Position numbers and translations under genes: made by a program
Virus record (IMG/VR): IMGVR_UViG_3300023179_003795
Span: 1-64,000 of that record
Reading direction: 5' to 3' (one strand)
DNA from: a virus
Lineage: Duplodnaviria; Heunggongvirae; Uroviricota; Caudoviricetes
DNA length: 64,000 nt
Shown here: positions 1 through 9,683 of the stretch, piece by piece
How the letters are laid out: each line of letters starts with the position of its first letter
How positions within the stretch are numbered: the stretch's first letter is position 1
The notes under the pieces: model-generated
What the model was told of the DNA's origin: nothing
Seen by the model: only the letters and a program-made list of their open reading frames with translations
Databases searched by the model: none

Positions 1-1178
1 CCAACTGATAATCTAAACCAACCTTTATTTTCTGTTGAACCGAAGTATTCAAATGGAACTAACCCAACTTTACATTCATCAATCAAGAAATCTAACATTC
101 CCTCTAAACTGTTAAACTTATCCATATAATCCAAATAAACTGATATATAGATAGCACCATCAGGTTTTTTATAATCAACCTTACAACCATTAGATTTCAT
201 TTTTTCCAATACATCACAAATACTATCACATATTTGTCCAAATGTATTATTTCTTGTTAATAAAAAAGTATCAATACCTGAATAAGGGTTATCAACATTG
301 GTTGCTAAGTATTGTCCCACCCCAATTTGTTCAGGTTTATTAGCCCAAGCCCCAATATGACTGAATATTTCACCCGCTTTCTTAATTAAATGTTCAGGTC
401 CAAACATCCATCCAACCCTAACACCTGTCGCAGCCAATGATTTTGAAATGCCATCAACACATACCAAAAAATCTTTAATTTGAGGGGTTAAATTAATCGG
501 ATGATGTGTTTGTATTCTTGATAAATCTGAATAAATCTGATCAAAGAAAAGATATACTGGTTGGTATTCATTATTCGTTTCCAACCTTCTTTTATTTTCA
601 TCTACTATGATTTGACAAATATCTTTAAGAACATCAGGATTAATTATTTTCCCTGTTGGATTTTGTGGGGAACAAAGACATACCATCCTCGCTGTTTGAA
701 TATTATCTTTAATTTGTTTTGCTGTTGGAAAGAAATCATTCTCAGGGGAACATTCAATTTTAATTGGTTTCCCATCGTGTAAGAATGTATAGTGATTATT
801 ATTCCAACTTGGAACTGGAAATATAATTTCATCATCTTTATCAATTATTGTCTTAAATATTGTATAAATAAGAGGTCTAACACCAGCACCAATAAGTATT
901 TGACTTGGTGAGTAATCTATAAAATGTTTTCTTTTAAGATGTGATGAAACTGCTTCCCTAAGTGATAATTCACCAACAGGTGTTGGGTAATTTGTATTAG
1001 AAATATTAAAGTTCCATTGTATGTAATCATTTAATTTTTCAGGTATAGGATACAATTGAGAATCGAAATCCCCAATTGTATAATTATATACCTTTTCAGT
1101 CTTGGATTTTATTTTACTTGATATTTTTAATATCTCGGATCCAATAATGTTTTCACCATAATTTGATAATTCACCCAT
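1..1178 (-). CDS. Class I/II PLP-dependent aminotransferase (AspAT-like), partial (C-terminus lies beyond window start)
   Basis: Manual translation of the minus strand from the ATG at 1178 gives MGELSNYGEN...; it contains the aminotransferase hallmarks SPQNPTGK and the PLP-lysine motif ISKSLAATGVRVGWMFGP, and is colinear with AspAT blocks (GDFD, IYSDL). It is absent from the ORF track because it runs off the window edge. Track ORFs 561..782(+) and 644..844(-) lie inside it and are spurious. Confidence 0.75.
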   Translation of the reverse strand, partial: MGELSNYGENIIGSEILKISSKIKSKTEKVYNYTIGDFDSQLYPIPEKLNDYIQWNFNISNTNYPTPVGELSLREAVSSHLKRKHFIDYSPSQILIGAGVRPLIYTIFKTIIDKDDEIIFPVPSWNNNHYTFLHDGKPIKIECSPENDFFPTAKQIKDNIQTARMVCLCSPQNPTGKIINPDVLKDICQIIVDENKRRLETNNEYQPVYLFFDQIYSDLSRIQTHHPINLTPQIKDFLVCVDGISKSLAATGVRVGWMFGPEHLIKKAGEIFSHIGAWANKPEQIGVGQYLATNVDNPYSGIDTFLLTRNNTFGQICDSICDVLEKMKSNGCKVDYKKPDGAIYISVYLDYMDKFNSLEGMLDFLIDECKVGLVPFEYFGSTENKGWFRLSV

Positions 1179-1180
1179 TT

Positions 1181-2173
1181 TTAAAATTCGTAATTTTCAC
1201 CAACATTATTTTCATATACCTCACCCTGAATTGTTTCCATTGGTGACATTCCACCTTCTATATCCATTATCATTTCTTCCATTGGTGGCATTCGTTCCGG
1301 TTCTCTATCATCGTGACCAAATTCATTTTTTCTACCTTCATATTGTTTGATAAGATTATCAGTTTCAGTTTCATCCAATAAAGAAGCGTTTTGAATATTA
1401 TTTTCTTTACAGTAGTTGATGAATAATTCTTTAATGTTTAAAGGTATTGGAACAAACATCATTTCCATTTTAACATCCCAATCAGTCCAACAAGAGAACT
1501 TGTTTGAAAAATTAAACATTTCCATCATTTCACTATCATATTTAACTTCTTCTTCATCGTTATTTATAATAGATTTACTTTTTAACCCACTTAATTGGAA
1601 TTCGTTTGGATTTTTGGTTTTTAATACAGAATGATAATACGATTCATTCATATCGTAATATAAACCAATCTTTCTATTTATATTTTTTTCAACGAAATAA
1701 GCGAGAATACCTTTATCAGTATATCTATAATAATATTCAGATTGAGTTACACACCATTTAGTTCCTCTACCATAAACAGAGGCTGCGTCATATGATAACG
1801 GTAAGAATAACATATACTTATCATCTTCATAAAGGACTTTAATTTCTTTTTTTGCTTTACCAACTGATTTTGTTAAAGTCGCTTCTTTAATTGATTGTTT
1901 AACAGTTGATAGACTTTTATATTGATTTAAGTCAGGTTTTTCAATTAAACCGTTTGTTGCCAATTCATCAAATTTATTTAGGATTTCTAAAATGTATTCC
2001 ATTTCATTTATTGCGGTAATTTCAAAATCACTTGATAGATTTTTTGTAAATCTAACTAAATGTTCTGTATATTTTTTTGTTTTAGAATTGTCAATATTAT
2101 TTGCCAATTCAATAAAATCAATAGGTTTGATTTTATTTTTAAATCTTTCTCTAATTGTGTCAATTTTAGCCAT
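1181..2173 (-). CDS. Hypothetical protein; member 1 of a 7-paralog family with a C-x-YG-x-G-T-K-W-C core
   Basis: 330 aa ORF. Core is LPLSYDAASVYGRGTKWCVTQSEYYYRYTDKGILAYF, preceded by a basic stretch and followed by an acidic C-terminal region. Same architecture as members 2-7. Confidence 0.7.
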   Translation of the reverse strand: MAKIDTIRERFKNKIKPIDFIELANNIDNSKTKKYTEHLVRFTKNLSSDFEITAINEMEYILEILNKFDELATNGLIEKPDLNQYKSLSTVKQSIKEATLTKSVGKAKKEIKVLYEDDKYMLFLPLSYDAASVYGRGTKWCVTQSEYYYRYTDKGILAYFVEKNINRKIGLYYDMNESYYHSVLKTKNPNEFQLSGLKSKSIINNDEEEVKYDSEMMEMFNFSNKFSCWTDWDVKMEMMFVPIPLNIKELFINYCKENNIQNASLLDETETDNLIKQYEGRKNEFGHDDREPERMPPMEEMIMDIEGGMSPMETIQGEVYENNVGENYEF

Positions 2174-2444
2174 TTGTATCTAAATTATATTGTGTTTTAA
2201 TATTTATTTTATTATCGTTGAAATCTTTAATAAGTGAGTCTCCAAACTCATCTACCCATTTATCATAATCGGTAATTTTTTCTTGTTCTTTAAACAAAAC
2301 TTTTAATTTACCATTATCACCAAGTATTGTTATCTTTTCTTCACCTTCAATAATATCTATTGGTGAGAAGTTAATCATTTGAGCCATTATAGCAAAAAAC
2401 TCAAATCTTGCTTTATTTTTTAATGTTTCCCTTAAATCACTCAT
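2166..2444 (-). CDS. Hypothetical protein
   Basis: 92 aa ORF overlapping the downstream gene by 8 nt, in an operon-like run of small minus-strand genes. Confidence 0.45.
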   Translation of the reverse strand: MSDLRETLKNKARFEFFAIMAQMINFSPIDIIEGEEKITILGDNGKLKVLFKEQEKITDYDKWVDEFGDSLIKDFNDNKINIKTQYNLDTNG

Positions 2445-2656
2445 TGTTCAATTCTATATTCATTATGTTTTATAATCCATTTAATTTCACCATCTTTGTA
2501 TAATAATAATTGACCTTCATCGGTTATTATTACTTTATCACAAACATAAGTTGTATCTGTAATAACTTTGGTTTGTTTAGTTGTTTCAATATCACAAGAT
2601 AAGATATTAAATATCAATATCACTCCAATTATACGGAATACCATTGTCATAATCAA
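2441..2656 (-). CDS. Hypothetical small protein with an N-terminal hydrophobic segment
   Basis: 71 aa ORF with an ATGA start/stop overlap to the downstream gene. Begins with a hydrophobic stretch (VFRIIGVILIFNILSC). Confidence 0.4.
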   Translation of the reverse strand: MIMTMVFRIIGVILIFNILSCDIETTKQTKVITDTTYVCDKVIITDEGQLLLYKDGEIKWIIKHNEYRIEQ

Positions 2657-2981
2657 TTGTCTTAAATGAATTTATTAAATTATCTATTTTAGTTAAATCT
2701 TTATTTTTTGAATCAAATTTTAATAGATGTTTTTGATAGTTTTTGACTAATAGTATCATTTCATCAAAATTATTCACAGCGTTTAAAATAAACACAGTGT
2801 CTTTTCTCGTATCAATAATATTTTGTTCATTCCTATTTTCCTCATCTTCTGCGGTTATTGTACCCACAAATAAACCATTTTGATCAACCAAATCAATTGA
2901 CCCGAATGTTTCCGAATCATTCTCATCATTTCTTTCTTCCATTGTTAAAGGAAGTTTCATATTTCTATCAAACATTACCAT
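2607..2981 (-). CDS. Hypothetical acidic protein
   Basis: 124 aa ORF. It overlaps the downstream ORF by 50 nt, so the true start may be an internal Met. Confidence 0.4.
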   Translation of the reverse strand: MVMFDRNMKLPLTMEERNDENDSETFGSIDLVDQNGLFVGTITAEDEENRNEQNIIDTRKDTVFILNAVNNFDEMILLVKNYQKHLLKFDSKNKDLTKIDNLINSFKTIDYDNGIPYNWSDIDI

Positions 2982-3247
2982 TTTTCAGGAACTCCATTTC
3001 CTATATCATTTTTTTTAAATCCAAATAAAACCCATCTATAATAAACCAATAAAATCACATTTACTGATATATTAAACCACGAAGCAATACCCATAGTTCC
3101 AATACCAAATAAAGGTAATAAACCTATTGTTATTGAAAATAACGTAAATGACAAACCAATAAAAATTAATCCTTTACTATTTTTAAAACAAATGGTTTGA
3201 TTATTAATCTCCCTTTCAGGAAACCATTCAACAATATAATTTCTCAT
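2975..3247 (-). CDS. Hypothetical membrane protein
   Basis: 90 aa with two or three hydrophobic helices (LIFIGLSFTLFSITIGLLPLFGIGTMGIASWF...). Confidence 0.45.
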   Translation of the reverse strand: MRNYIVEWFPEREINNQTICFKNSKGLIFIGLSFTLFSITIGLLPLFGIGTMGIASWFNISVNVILLVYYRWVLFGFKKNDIGNGVPEKW

Positions 3248-3297
3248 ATTTTTATATATAATAAATTAAAACCAAAAAAGGAAATATTTATAAAAAA

Positions 3298-5610
3298 ATG
3301 AGCGATATAAACAAAAATAAATTATTCATACCAATAACTGAATCGGAACAATCTAAGAAAGGTAAATTATTTATCCCTAGAAGATTATCAGGTGAAAATT
3401 CTAGATTTATCCAATGGAATAAGGAACAACCCATCGTAGATGGTGTTCAAATTAATCAATATACACATGATGGTAAAAAAGAAGGTATTTGGGAATTTTA
3501 TTACCCCAATGGACAATTAGATACAAAGGGTTCATTTAAAAATGATAATTATGATGGTATTTGGGAATATTATTATAGTGATGGTAAATTAGCTTCTAAG
3601 GGTTCTTATGAAAATAATAAAAAAACAGGTGTTTGGGAAGATTATTATAAAAATGGACAATTAGATTTTAAAGGTTCATTTAAAGATGGTAAAAAAAATG
3701 GTATATGGGAAAGTTATCACGATAATGGACAATTAAGGTACAAGGGTTCATATAAAAATGATAAACTAGATGGTATATGGGAAAGGTATTATAGTAATGG
3801 ACAATTAATGTTTAAAGGTTTATATAGAGATGATGAATTAATTAAATCATTACCATTAACCGAATCTGAACAACCAAAGAAAGGTAAATTATTCATACCT
3901 CGTAGATTATCAGGAGAGAATTCTAGATTTATCCAATGGAATAAGGAACAACCGATAGTTGATGGGGAACGTATTAATCAATATACACATGATGGTAAGA
4001 AAGAAGGATATTGGGAAGAAGTAGATGAAAATAATTTTTTTAGAGAAAACGGTTATTATAAAAATGGTAAAAAGGATGGTGTGTGGAAATATTTAGATTT
4101 TGATTTTATGTTATTAAGTGAAGGAACATTTAAAGATGGTAAAAAAAATGGTATATGGGAATATTATTGGAGATTTGATGGTTCATTAAAGTTAAAAGGT
4201 TTATATAAAGATGATATAAAAACAGGTATTTGGGAGTTTTATTATTATGATGAACAATTAGATAGTAAAGGTCAATTTAAGAATGATAGAAAAGATGGTA
4301 TATGGGAAGAATATTTTCCTAATGGGGGATTAAAAAGTAAGAAATTATTTGATGATGGTAAATTAATTAAAGAATTACCAATAACTGAATCAGAACAATC
4401 TAAAAAAGGTAAATTATTTATTCCTAGAAGATTATCAGGAGAGAATTCCCGATTTATCCAATGGAATAAGGAACAACCCATCGTAGATGGGAAACATATT
4501 AATCAATATACACATGATGGTAAGAAAATTGGTATATGGGAAAGGTATCATAAAAATGGACAATTATGGTCTAAAGGTTTATTTAAAGATGATAAAAAAG
4601 AAGGTATATGGGAATATTATCATTATGATGGACAATTAAGTTCTAAGGGTTTATATAAAGATGGTAAATATGATGGTATTTGGGAAAGTTATTATAGTAA
4701 TGGACAATTAGAATCTAAGGGTTTATATGAAGATGATTTAAAAAATGGTATATGGGAAGAATATAATATACGTGGTAATTTAGTGTTTAAAGGTTTATAT
4801 AGAGATGATGAATTAGTTAAAATATTACCAATAACTGAATCAAAAACCCCATCATTCTTATTAAAAGAAGAAATGGGTTTAATAAGGGAAGGGAATGTTC
4901 AGGATTATATCAATAACGTAATATCAAAAATTAAAAACTTATCTTATGAAACAAAAAAGAAATATATTTTAATAGCAATCTCAACCCTTTTAGGTTACAC
5001 ATCTTACCCTGTCATTCAATCAATGTTTGATAAATCACCAGATAAAGAAACAAAAGAAATTGTTCATAGAGTAATGAACAAAAAAAATAATTTTTCTATG
5101 TTTAAAGATGGAACAAAATTCCGTTTATCTAAAAAAGGTTTTCAACACATTATGGATGAAGAAAAACCAAAACTTATAACATACGCATTAGGTGATGGTA
5201 AAATTACTGTTGGTTATGGACACGCTGAACCGGTTGAAACAACCAAACTTAAAGTAGGTCAAAAAATAACTAAAGAACAAGCAAAATTATACCTTAAACA
5301 AGACCTTAAAATAGCCGCAGATGGTGTTAGAAGAATGTTTAATGATTGGAAAAAACAAGATAAAAACTATAAAGTTACTCAAGATATGTTTGATGCTTTA
5401 GTTTCAATGGCTTTTAATATGGGAGTATCAGGTCTTAGAAATACTAATTTAGTTGATTATCTTAGAGATGGTGATTATAAAACCGCAGGACAACTTATTA
5501 AACAAACAAATATTGATAATGATTCATTTCCAGGTCTTGAAAAAAGAAGAAATAAAGAATCCAATATGTTTTTATCGTATTTGTTACAAAAAAATAAAAT
5601 AAATGCTTAA
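3298..5610 (+). CDS. Modular MORN-repeat protein with a C-terminal GH24 (T4-type) lysozyme domain
   Basis: 770 aa. Three modules each begin with [IL]P[IL]TESEQ.KKGKLFIPRRLSGENSRFIQWNKEQPIVDG and are followed by about 6 MORN repeats (G.WE.YY.NGQL..KG.YK.G...G). The last about 150 aa (about 5155..5610) match T4 lysozyme blocks (TVGYGH ... RR.KESNMF versus T4 TIGIGH ... RAKRVITTF). The start is preceded by atatttataaaaaaATG. Confidence 0.85.
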   Translation: MSDINKNKLFIPITESEQSKKGKLFIPRRLSGENSRFIQWNKEQPIVDGVQINQYTHDGKKEGIWEFYYPNGQLDTKGSFKNDNYDGIWEYYYSDGKLASKGSYENNKKTGVWEDYYKNGQLDFKGSFKDGKKNGIWESYHDNGQLRYKGSYKNDKLDGIWERYYSNGQLMFKGLYRDDELIKSLPLTESEQPKKGKLFIPRRLSGENSRFIQWNKEQPIVDGERINQYTHDGKKEGYWEEVDENNFFRENGYYKNGKKDGVWKYLDFDFMLLSEGTFKDGKKNGIWEYYWRFDGSLKLKGLYKDDIKTGIWEFYYYDEQLDSKGQFKNDRKDGIWEEYFPNGGLKSKKLFDDGKLIKELPITESEQSKKGKLFIPRRLSGENSRFIQWNKEQPIVDGKHINQYTHDGKKIGIWERYHKNGQLWSKGLFKDDKKEGIWEYYHYDGQLSSKGLYKDGKYDGIWESYYSNGQLESKGLYEDDLKNGIWEEYNIRGNLVFKGLYRDDELVKILPITESKTPSFLLKEEMGLIREGNVQDYINNVISKIKNLSYETKKKYILIAISTLLGYTSYPVIQSMFDKSPDKETKEIVHRVMNKKNNFSMFKDGTKFRLSKKGFQHIMDEEKPKLITYALGDGKITVGYGHAEPVETTKLKVGQKITKEQAKLYLKQDLKIAADGVRRMFNDWKKQDKNYKVTQDMFDALVSMAFNMGVSGLRNTNLVDYLRDGDYKTAGQLIKQTNIDNDSFPGLEKRRNKESNMFLSYLLQKNKINA
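4377..4639 (+). repeat. About 263-bp segment identical (inverted) to 31083..31345
   Basis: Spot-checked nucleotide identity over the leader + first MORN repeats (KKGKLFIPRR ... EGIWEYYHYDGQL). A second about 85-bp identical block lies at about 4726..4812 / 30893..30979. Confidence 0.8.
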
Positions 5611-5630
5611 TATTGTATATTTATATAGAT

Positions 5631-7472
5631 ATGGGATTTTTACAATTTTTATTCGAAGGTAGGGTTGATGATTTTAAAAAATTATTTAAGGACAAATATA
5701 CAACCCCTGAACAAATAGACGCTATTATCAAAGTTTCATCTGAAGTAGATGATAAACACAAATATTTAATTTGGTTAGCAAAAACACTTACCAAACCAGT
5801 ATTCAATAATGAAATTGCTTTCGGTGAAGAATTAGCGGAAGCACAAGAACTTCTAATGAAGTTTAAAACAATTGGTCCTAATCTACCAATTAAAGATATT
5901 TCACAATATAAAAACATATCTGAATTAGCAGACGCGATTAAAACTTACGAAAATAGACAAAGAAGAACAATTAAAAAGGTTGATGGTGCTGATATAATCT
6001 ATGATGACGATGATTATACAATTGTCCACCCAAAAGAATATTTCGCATCTTGTTATTACGGTGAAGGTTCTAAATGGTGTACATCATCTAAAAATACTGA
6101 TAGTCATTGGTATTCATATAATAAAGAAGCGAAATTGTTTTATTTTTTATCAAAGAAATTACCTACAAGTAATGACTTTTATAAAGTAGCGTTAGAACAA
6201 AAGTATGATGGAAAAAGAATTTTTTGGAATGCACCTGATAAACCTTTTGCTTCTGGTTGGATATTAGGGACTGATTATATGAACGATTTACTCGAAGTTG
6301 TAGATCAATATATGAAAGACAATTATTCAAGAGAAATTGGTATATTCTCAGACGAACAAAAAGCAAAAATTGAAGCAGAAATTGAAAGACAAAGATTACA
6401 AAGGATTGAAACCCAACGAATAATTAATCAAAAAAGAAGAGATGCTGAAAGTAGAAGGGAAACCGATGAATGGAATCCTGAAGAAGTTACTCACGGTGAA
6501 GTTGGATCACACGCTTGGGCTTTATTCACTTATTTAACCAGATATGAAAATCTTGTACCGAAAGAACCGGGAGATACCGAAAGACTTGAATTTATTAATT
6601 CTGAATTAGATAGGTTAGGTGAATTACAAAGTCAATATGAGGTTGAGGGTAGGGATTTAACTGGTATTGATGCTGAGATTTCAGCATTAGAAGAAGAAAA
6701 AGATGAGTTAGAAAAAAGAGTTGATGTATATGATATGATACCTGAAGGTGGTGATTATACTAATATGTCAAGATTTAGTGTGACAAATCCTGACTATGAT
6801 GGATATGAATGGACTGTCGGTGATGATGATCAAATTAAACAAGCCGCTTTTGATAGTGCTGAATCCTTAATTGACGACATAGGGTATGAAGGATTTAACA
6901 GTTATTTGGTTGAACGACATATTGATGCTGACGCTGTGGCTAGTGAGGCGAGAGATAGTTATGAATATTGGGTTCGTGATAATCCTGAGTCGTATTTAGA
7001 TGAAACAGATAGAGATTTAAGCAAATCACAACAAAAAGAGATTGGTGAATATCAAGAAAAGATTGATAAATACACTTCTTTCCGTGAAAAAGCAACTGAA
7101 CGTCAGGAAAATTATGATTCGGATAGTAGAGAATGGAAAGCACTTGAAAAGGGTATTGATAAACTAACGGATTTAATATCTGACCTTGAATATGATATTG
7201 AAAACATTAAAGAAGAACCGGATGGTGATTGGGATGAAGATAAAATTGAGGAAAAGATTGATGATTTGGTTGATGATGTAAAACGTAATCCATTAGATTG
7301 GTTAAAAGAAATGGGTATTGAAAAATATGATGATTATATAAATAAATATGAGTTTATTGAGGATATAATTGATTCTGATGGGTATTATCAAACATTAAAT
7401 AGTTATAATGGTGATGGTGATACTGTTGAATGGGATGGTGAGACATATCATATAATGAATACAGATAGATAA
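5631..7472 (+). CDS. Hypothetical protein; member 2 of the C-x-YG-x-G-T-K-W-C paralog family with a long acidic C-terminal extension
   Basis: Core is VHPKEYFASCYYGEGSKWCTSSKNTDSHWYSYNKEAKLFYFL. The track start at 5613 lies inside the gtatatttatatagat promoter-like motif. A start at 5631 (MGFLQ...) reproduces the gtatttatatagatATG arrangement seen at 23410 and 31389. The C-terminal about 350 aa are D/E-rich and coiled-coil-like. Confidence 0.65.
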   Translation: MGFLQFLFEGRVDDFKKLFKDKYTTPEQIDAIIKVSSEVDDKHKYLIWLAKTLTKPVFNNEIAFGEELAEAQELLMKFKTIGPNLPIKDISQYKNISELADAIKTYENRQRRTIKKVDGADIIYDDDDYTIVHPKEYFASCYYGEGSKWCTSSKNTDSHWYSYNKEAKLFYFLSKKLPTSNDFYKVALEQKYDGKRIFWNAPDKPFASGWILGTDYMNDLLEVVDQYMKDNYSREIGIFSDEQKAKIEAEIERQRLQRIETQRIINQKRRDAESRRETDEWNPEEVTHGEVGSHAWALFTYLTRYENLVPKEPGDTERLEFINSELDRLGELQSQYEVEGRDLTGIDAEISALEEEKDELEKRVDVYDMIPEGGDYTNMSRFSVTNPDYDGYEWTVGDDDQIKQAAFDSAESLIDDIGYEGFNSYLVERHIDADAVASEARDSYEYWVRDNPESYLDETDRDLSKSQQKEIGEYQEKIDKYTSFREKATERQENYDSDSREWKALEKGIDKLTDLISDLEYDIENIKEEPDGDWDEDKIEEKIDDLVDDVKRNPLDWLKEMGIEKYDDYINKYEFIEDIIDSDGYYQTLNSYNGDGDTVEWDGETYHIMNTDR

Positions 7473-7494
7473 TAAAAATAATATATTTATATAT

Positions 7495-8478
7495 ATGACA
7501 AAAAATGAAGCAAAAAGAGCCTTTTTGGATAAAGGTATATTGAAAAAAGATGCGTTTGATAGATTTTTAAATGAAGATCCAACAACACAAAAGAAATATG
7601 TGTTTTATATGATTAAACAATATTTAAAACAATCTGATGAAGAGGGTATTCAAGTATCTGATTTATCAGCAGATGATTTAAGTATGGGTATTTTATCACC
7701 TATATTTTCATATGTGACAGAATACAACACATTATTAAATAGAGTCCCACAAGATAAAAGAGATATATATAAATTATCTTATAATGAATTGGTTAGTATT
7801 GTTGATGAATTGAACACTTCTAGTGGTGAAACTGATAGATCGTCATTAAGGAAAAGAGCACGTGAAAATTCTGATAATTTTAATGAATTAGGTATTGTAG
7901 AGATTCCAGGTGTATTAGTTGTTGCACCATATAATCACGACGCTATTTGTTGGTATGGTCAAGGAACAAGATGGTGTGTGGCTATGGATTCCGCTCCAAA
8001 CCATTGGGTGAATTATTACACCACACAAAAAAATACTTTTTATATTATAAGTGCTACAAATGATGCCGTTAGAAACAAAATTAAAGAACATTATAAAAAT
8101 AAATGGGAACGAATGGGTTTAGGTAGACCAACAGGGAGTCCACCAAAAATAAAATGGGTGTTAGTTAAAAACGATAAAGACGTGTCTGAAATATCAACCG
8201 AAAATAAAAATGAAGCGGCTGAACTATTCAAAGAAAGATTAAATTTACCATCATTAAAAGGATATGATATTGAAAACTATGGTTATAGAAACCTATATAA
8301 AGTAGCGTTTTTAGTTCCACCAACAAGAGATAGTATGGGTGACGAAATAAAGAATGAAAAAGGTGAATATATACCTAATATGAAAAATGCACAGATTTTT
8401 TCTTCTGACGATATTTCATTTAATAATGGATGGGAAGAATACTTTAAAGTAATTGGTTTATATGATGTTTTTATTTAA
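7495..8478 (+). CDS. Hypothetical protein; member 3 of the C-x-YG-x-G-T-R-W-C paralog family
   Basis: 327 aa. Core is VVAPYNHDAICWYGQGTRWCVAMDSAPNHWVNYYTTQKNTFYII, with an N-terminal DPTTQKKY motif shared with other members. The start follows tatatttatatatATG. Confidence 0.7.
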   Translation: MTKNEAKRAFLDKGILKKDAFDRFLNEDPTTQKKYVFYMIKQYLKQSDEEGIQVSDLSADDLSMGILSPIFSYVTEYNTLLNRVPQDKRDIYKLSYNELVSIVDELNTSSGETDRSSLRKRARENSDNFNELGIVEIPGVLVVAPYNHDAICWYGQGTRWCVAMDSAPNHWVNYYTTQKNTFYIISATNDAVRNKIKEHYKNKWERMGLGRPTGSPPKIKWVLVKNDKDVSEISTENKNEAAELFKERLNLPSLKGYDIENYGYRNLYKVAFLVPPTRDSMGDEIKNEKGEYIPNMKNAQIFSSDDISFNNGWEEYFKVIGLYDVFI

Positions 8479-8485
8479 TAAAATT

Positions 8486-8511
8486 AAAACCCCTTTCATT
8501 GGGGTTTTTTT
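8486..8511 (+). terminator. Rho-independent terminator (aaaacccc-tttcatt-ggggtttt + T-run)
   Basis: Perfect 8-bp GC-centred stem with a 7-nt loop followed by TTTTTTT, directly after the stop of 7495..8478. Confidence 0.6.
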
Positions 8512-8534
8512 ATGTTTTAAACTATTTATATTCG

Positions 8535-8975
8535 ATGAAAAAGATTAAATTAACTGAACAAGATTTAACAAATATAGTTAAAAGAGTAATATCGGAGGAT
8601 GAAAATTCAAAAAAAGGTAAACTATTTATTCCAAGAAAAATTGATGAAAGAAAGATTGAACATCAAAAAATAATCGCTGGTGAAGTAGAAAAGATTAAAA
8701 AAAGTCCTTTTGGTTCAATATCAAAAAAATTTTTATTTGAGTGGTTACAGGAAAATAATTTAGAACAAGAACTAAAACTTTCTTACAAAGGTTCATCTTT
8801 AGGTGAAGTAGGTATGACATCATATGATAATTCAAAAGGTGAAGTTACCCTATATTTAGAATCAAAAGTAACATCTTTAGGTAATGTAGGGATACGTTTT
8901 AAAATATCCGACATTCAAATAGGGTATGTTGAACCAAATGTAATGGAAGATGATAAATTTTATCCAATAGATTAA
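8535..8975 (+). CDS. Hypothetical protein carrying the N-terminal leader (MKKIKLTEQDL ... KKGKLFIPRKIDERK)
   Basis: The track ORF starts at 8499, but that Met lies inside the terminator hairpin. The ATG at 8535 follows actatttatattcg and gives the conserved MK.I.LTE leader. Confidence 0.6.
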   Translation: MKKIKLTEQDLTNIVKRVISEDENSKKGKLFIPRKIDERKIEHQKIIAGEVEKIKKSPFGSISKKFLFEWLQENNLEQELKLSYKGSSLGEVGMTSYDNSKGEVTLYLESKVTSLGNVGIRFKISDIQIGYVEPNVMEDDKFYPID

Positions 8976-8977
8976 TT

Positions 8978-9451
8978 ATGAAAATACTTATAACTGAAGA
9001 ACAAAAAAAGAAGTTATTCATCCCAAGAAGGATTGATGAAAGAAAAGAACAATTTAAAAAAGAATTTTCTGAAAAAACCAAAGAATTATTATCTCATTTT
9101 AATATAACTGAAATAGTAAATCATGGTCGTATTGATGATTATGAAAATGAAATATCTGGTGAAGATATTGAAGAAGGTTATAGTAAAATTGTTATTGATG
9201 GTAAAAATTATTATGGATTTCCAAATTGGGAATTGGTTGAAGATTTAATCAATAACTGGGAAGAAATGTTAGCAGGATATTTAAATATGATTATACCACA
9301 ACCATCGGATGAAAGTATAAGTAAATCACAACCAAATATTGTTGGTAGAATGTTTAGGGTAGATATTACCCCATCAAAAATAGATATTAGTTTTTCTTGC
9401 TCAATTGTAGATTACATAAATAAAAAAGGTAATGAAACCATTACCCTTTAA
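8978..9451 (+). CDS. Hypothetical protein carrying the N-terminal leader (MKILITEEQKKKLFIPRRIDERK)
   Basis: 157 aa, starting 2 nt after the previous stop. The leader is identical in type to those at 23018..23410 and 30520..31389. Confidence 0.6.
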   Translation: MKILITEEQKKKLFIPRRIDERKEQFKKEFSEKTKELLSHFNITEIVNHGRIDDYENEISGEDIEEGYSKIVIDGKNYYGFPNWELVEDLINNWEEMLAGYLNMIIPQPSDESISKSQPNIVGRMFRVDITPSKIDISFSCSIVDYINKKGNETITL

Positions 9452-9683
9452 TATCATCAACCCAAATAGGGGTTTTTTCTCCAACGTAAGCACCTGAAAC
9501 ATTAAAATCAAAGTATTCAATAGCCTCCACCTCATTCATTTCCCTACAAAGAATTTCAATACATTTAGATACCGAATAAACCAATCTCATAGATTTAATA
9601 TCAATACCAATGAGAGCCTCATCAAAACCATCGGCTTTAAGGAAATTCTCATCAGGGTATTTTTCAATAATACTATCAATCAT
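9441..9683 (-). CDS. Hypothetical protein
   Basis: 80 aa ORF convergent with the plus-strand block; its ATGA start overlaps the stop of the next gene. Confidence 0.4.
   Translation of the reverse strand: MIDSIIEKYPDENFLKADGFDEALIGIDIKSMRLVYSVSKCIEILCREMNEVEAIEYFDFNVSGAYVGEKTPIWVDDIKG

Noticed and set aside
561-844. Track ORFs 561..782(+) and 644..844(-)
   Set aside because: Both lie entirely inside the well-supported minus-strand aminotransferase reading frame, which has its SPQNPTG and SKS motifs in phase, so they are antisense or out-of-frame shadows.
8499-8534. Upstream Met start for ORF 8499..8975 (MGFFYVLNYLYS...)
   Set aside because: Those codons translate the terminator hairpin aaaacccc...ggggtttt. 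The ATG at 8535 reproduces the conserved MKKIKLTEQDL leader and sits after a TATTTATA-type motif.
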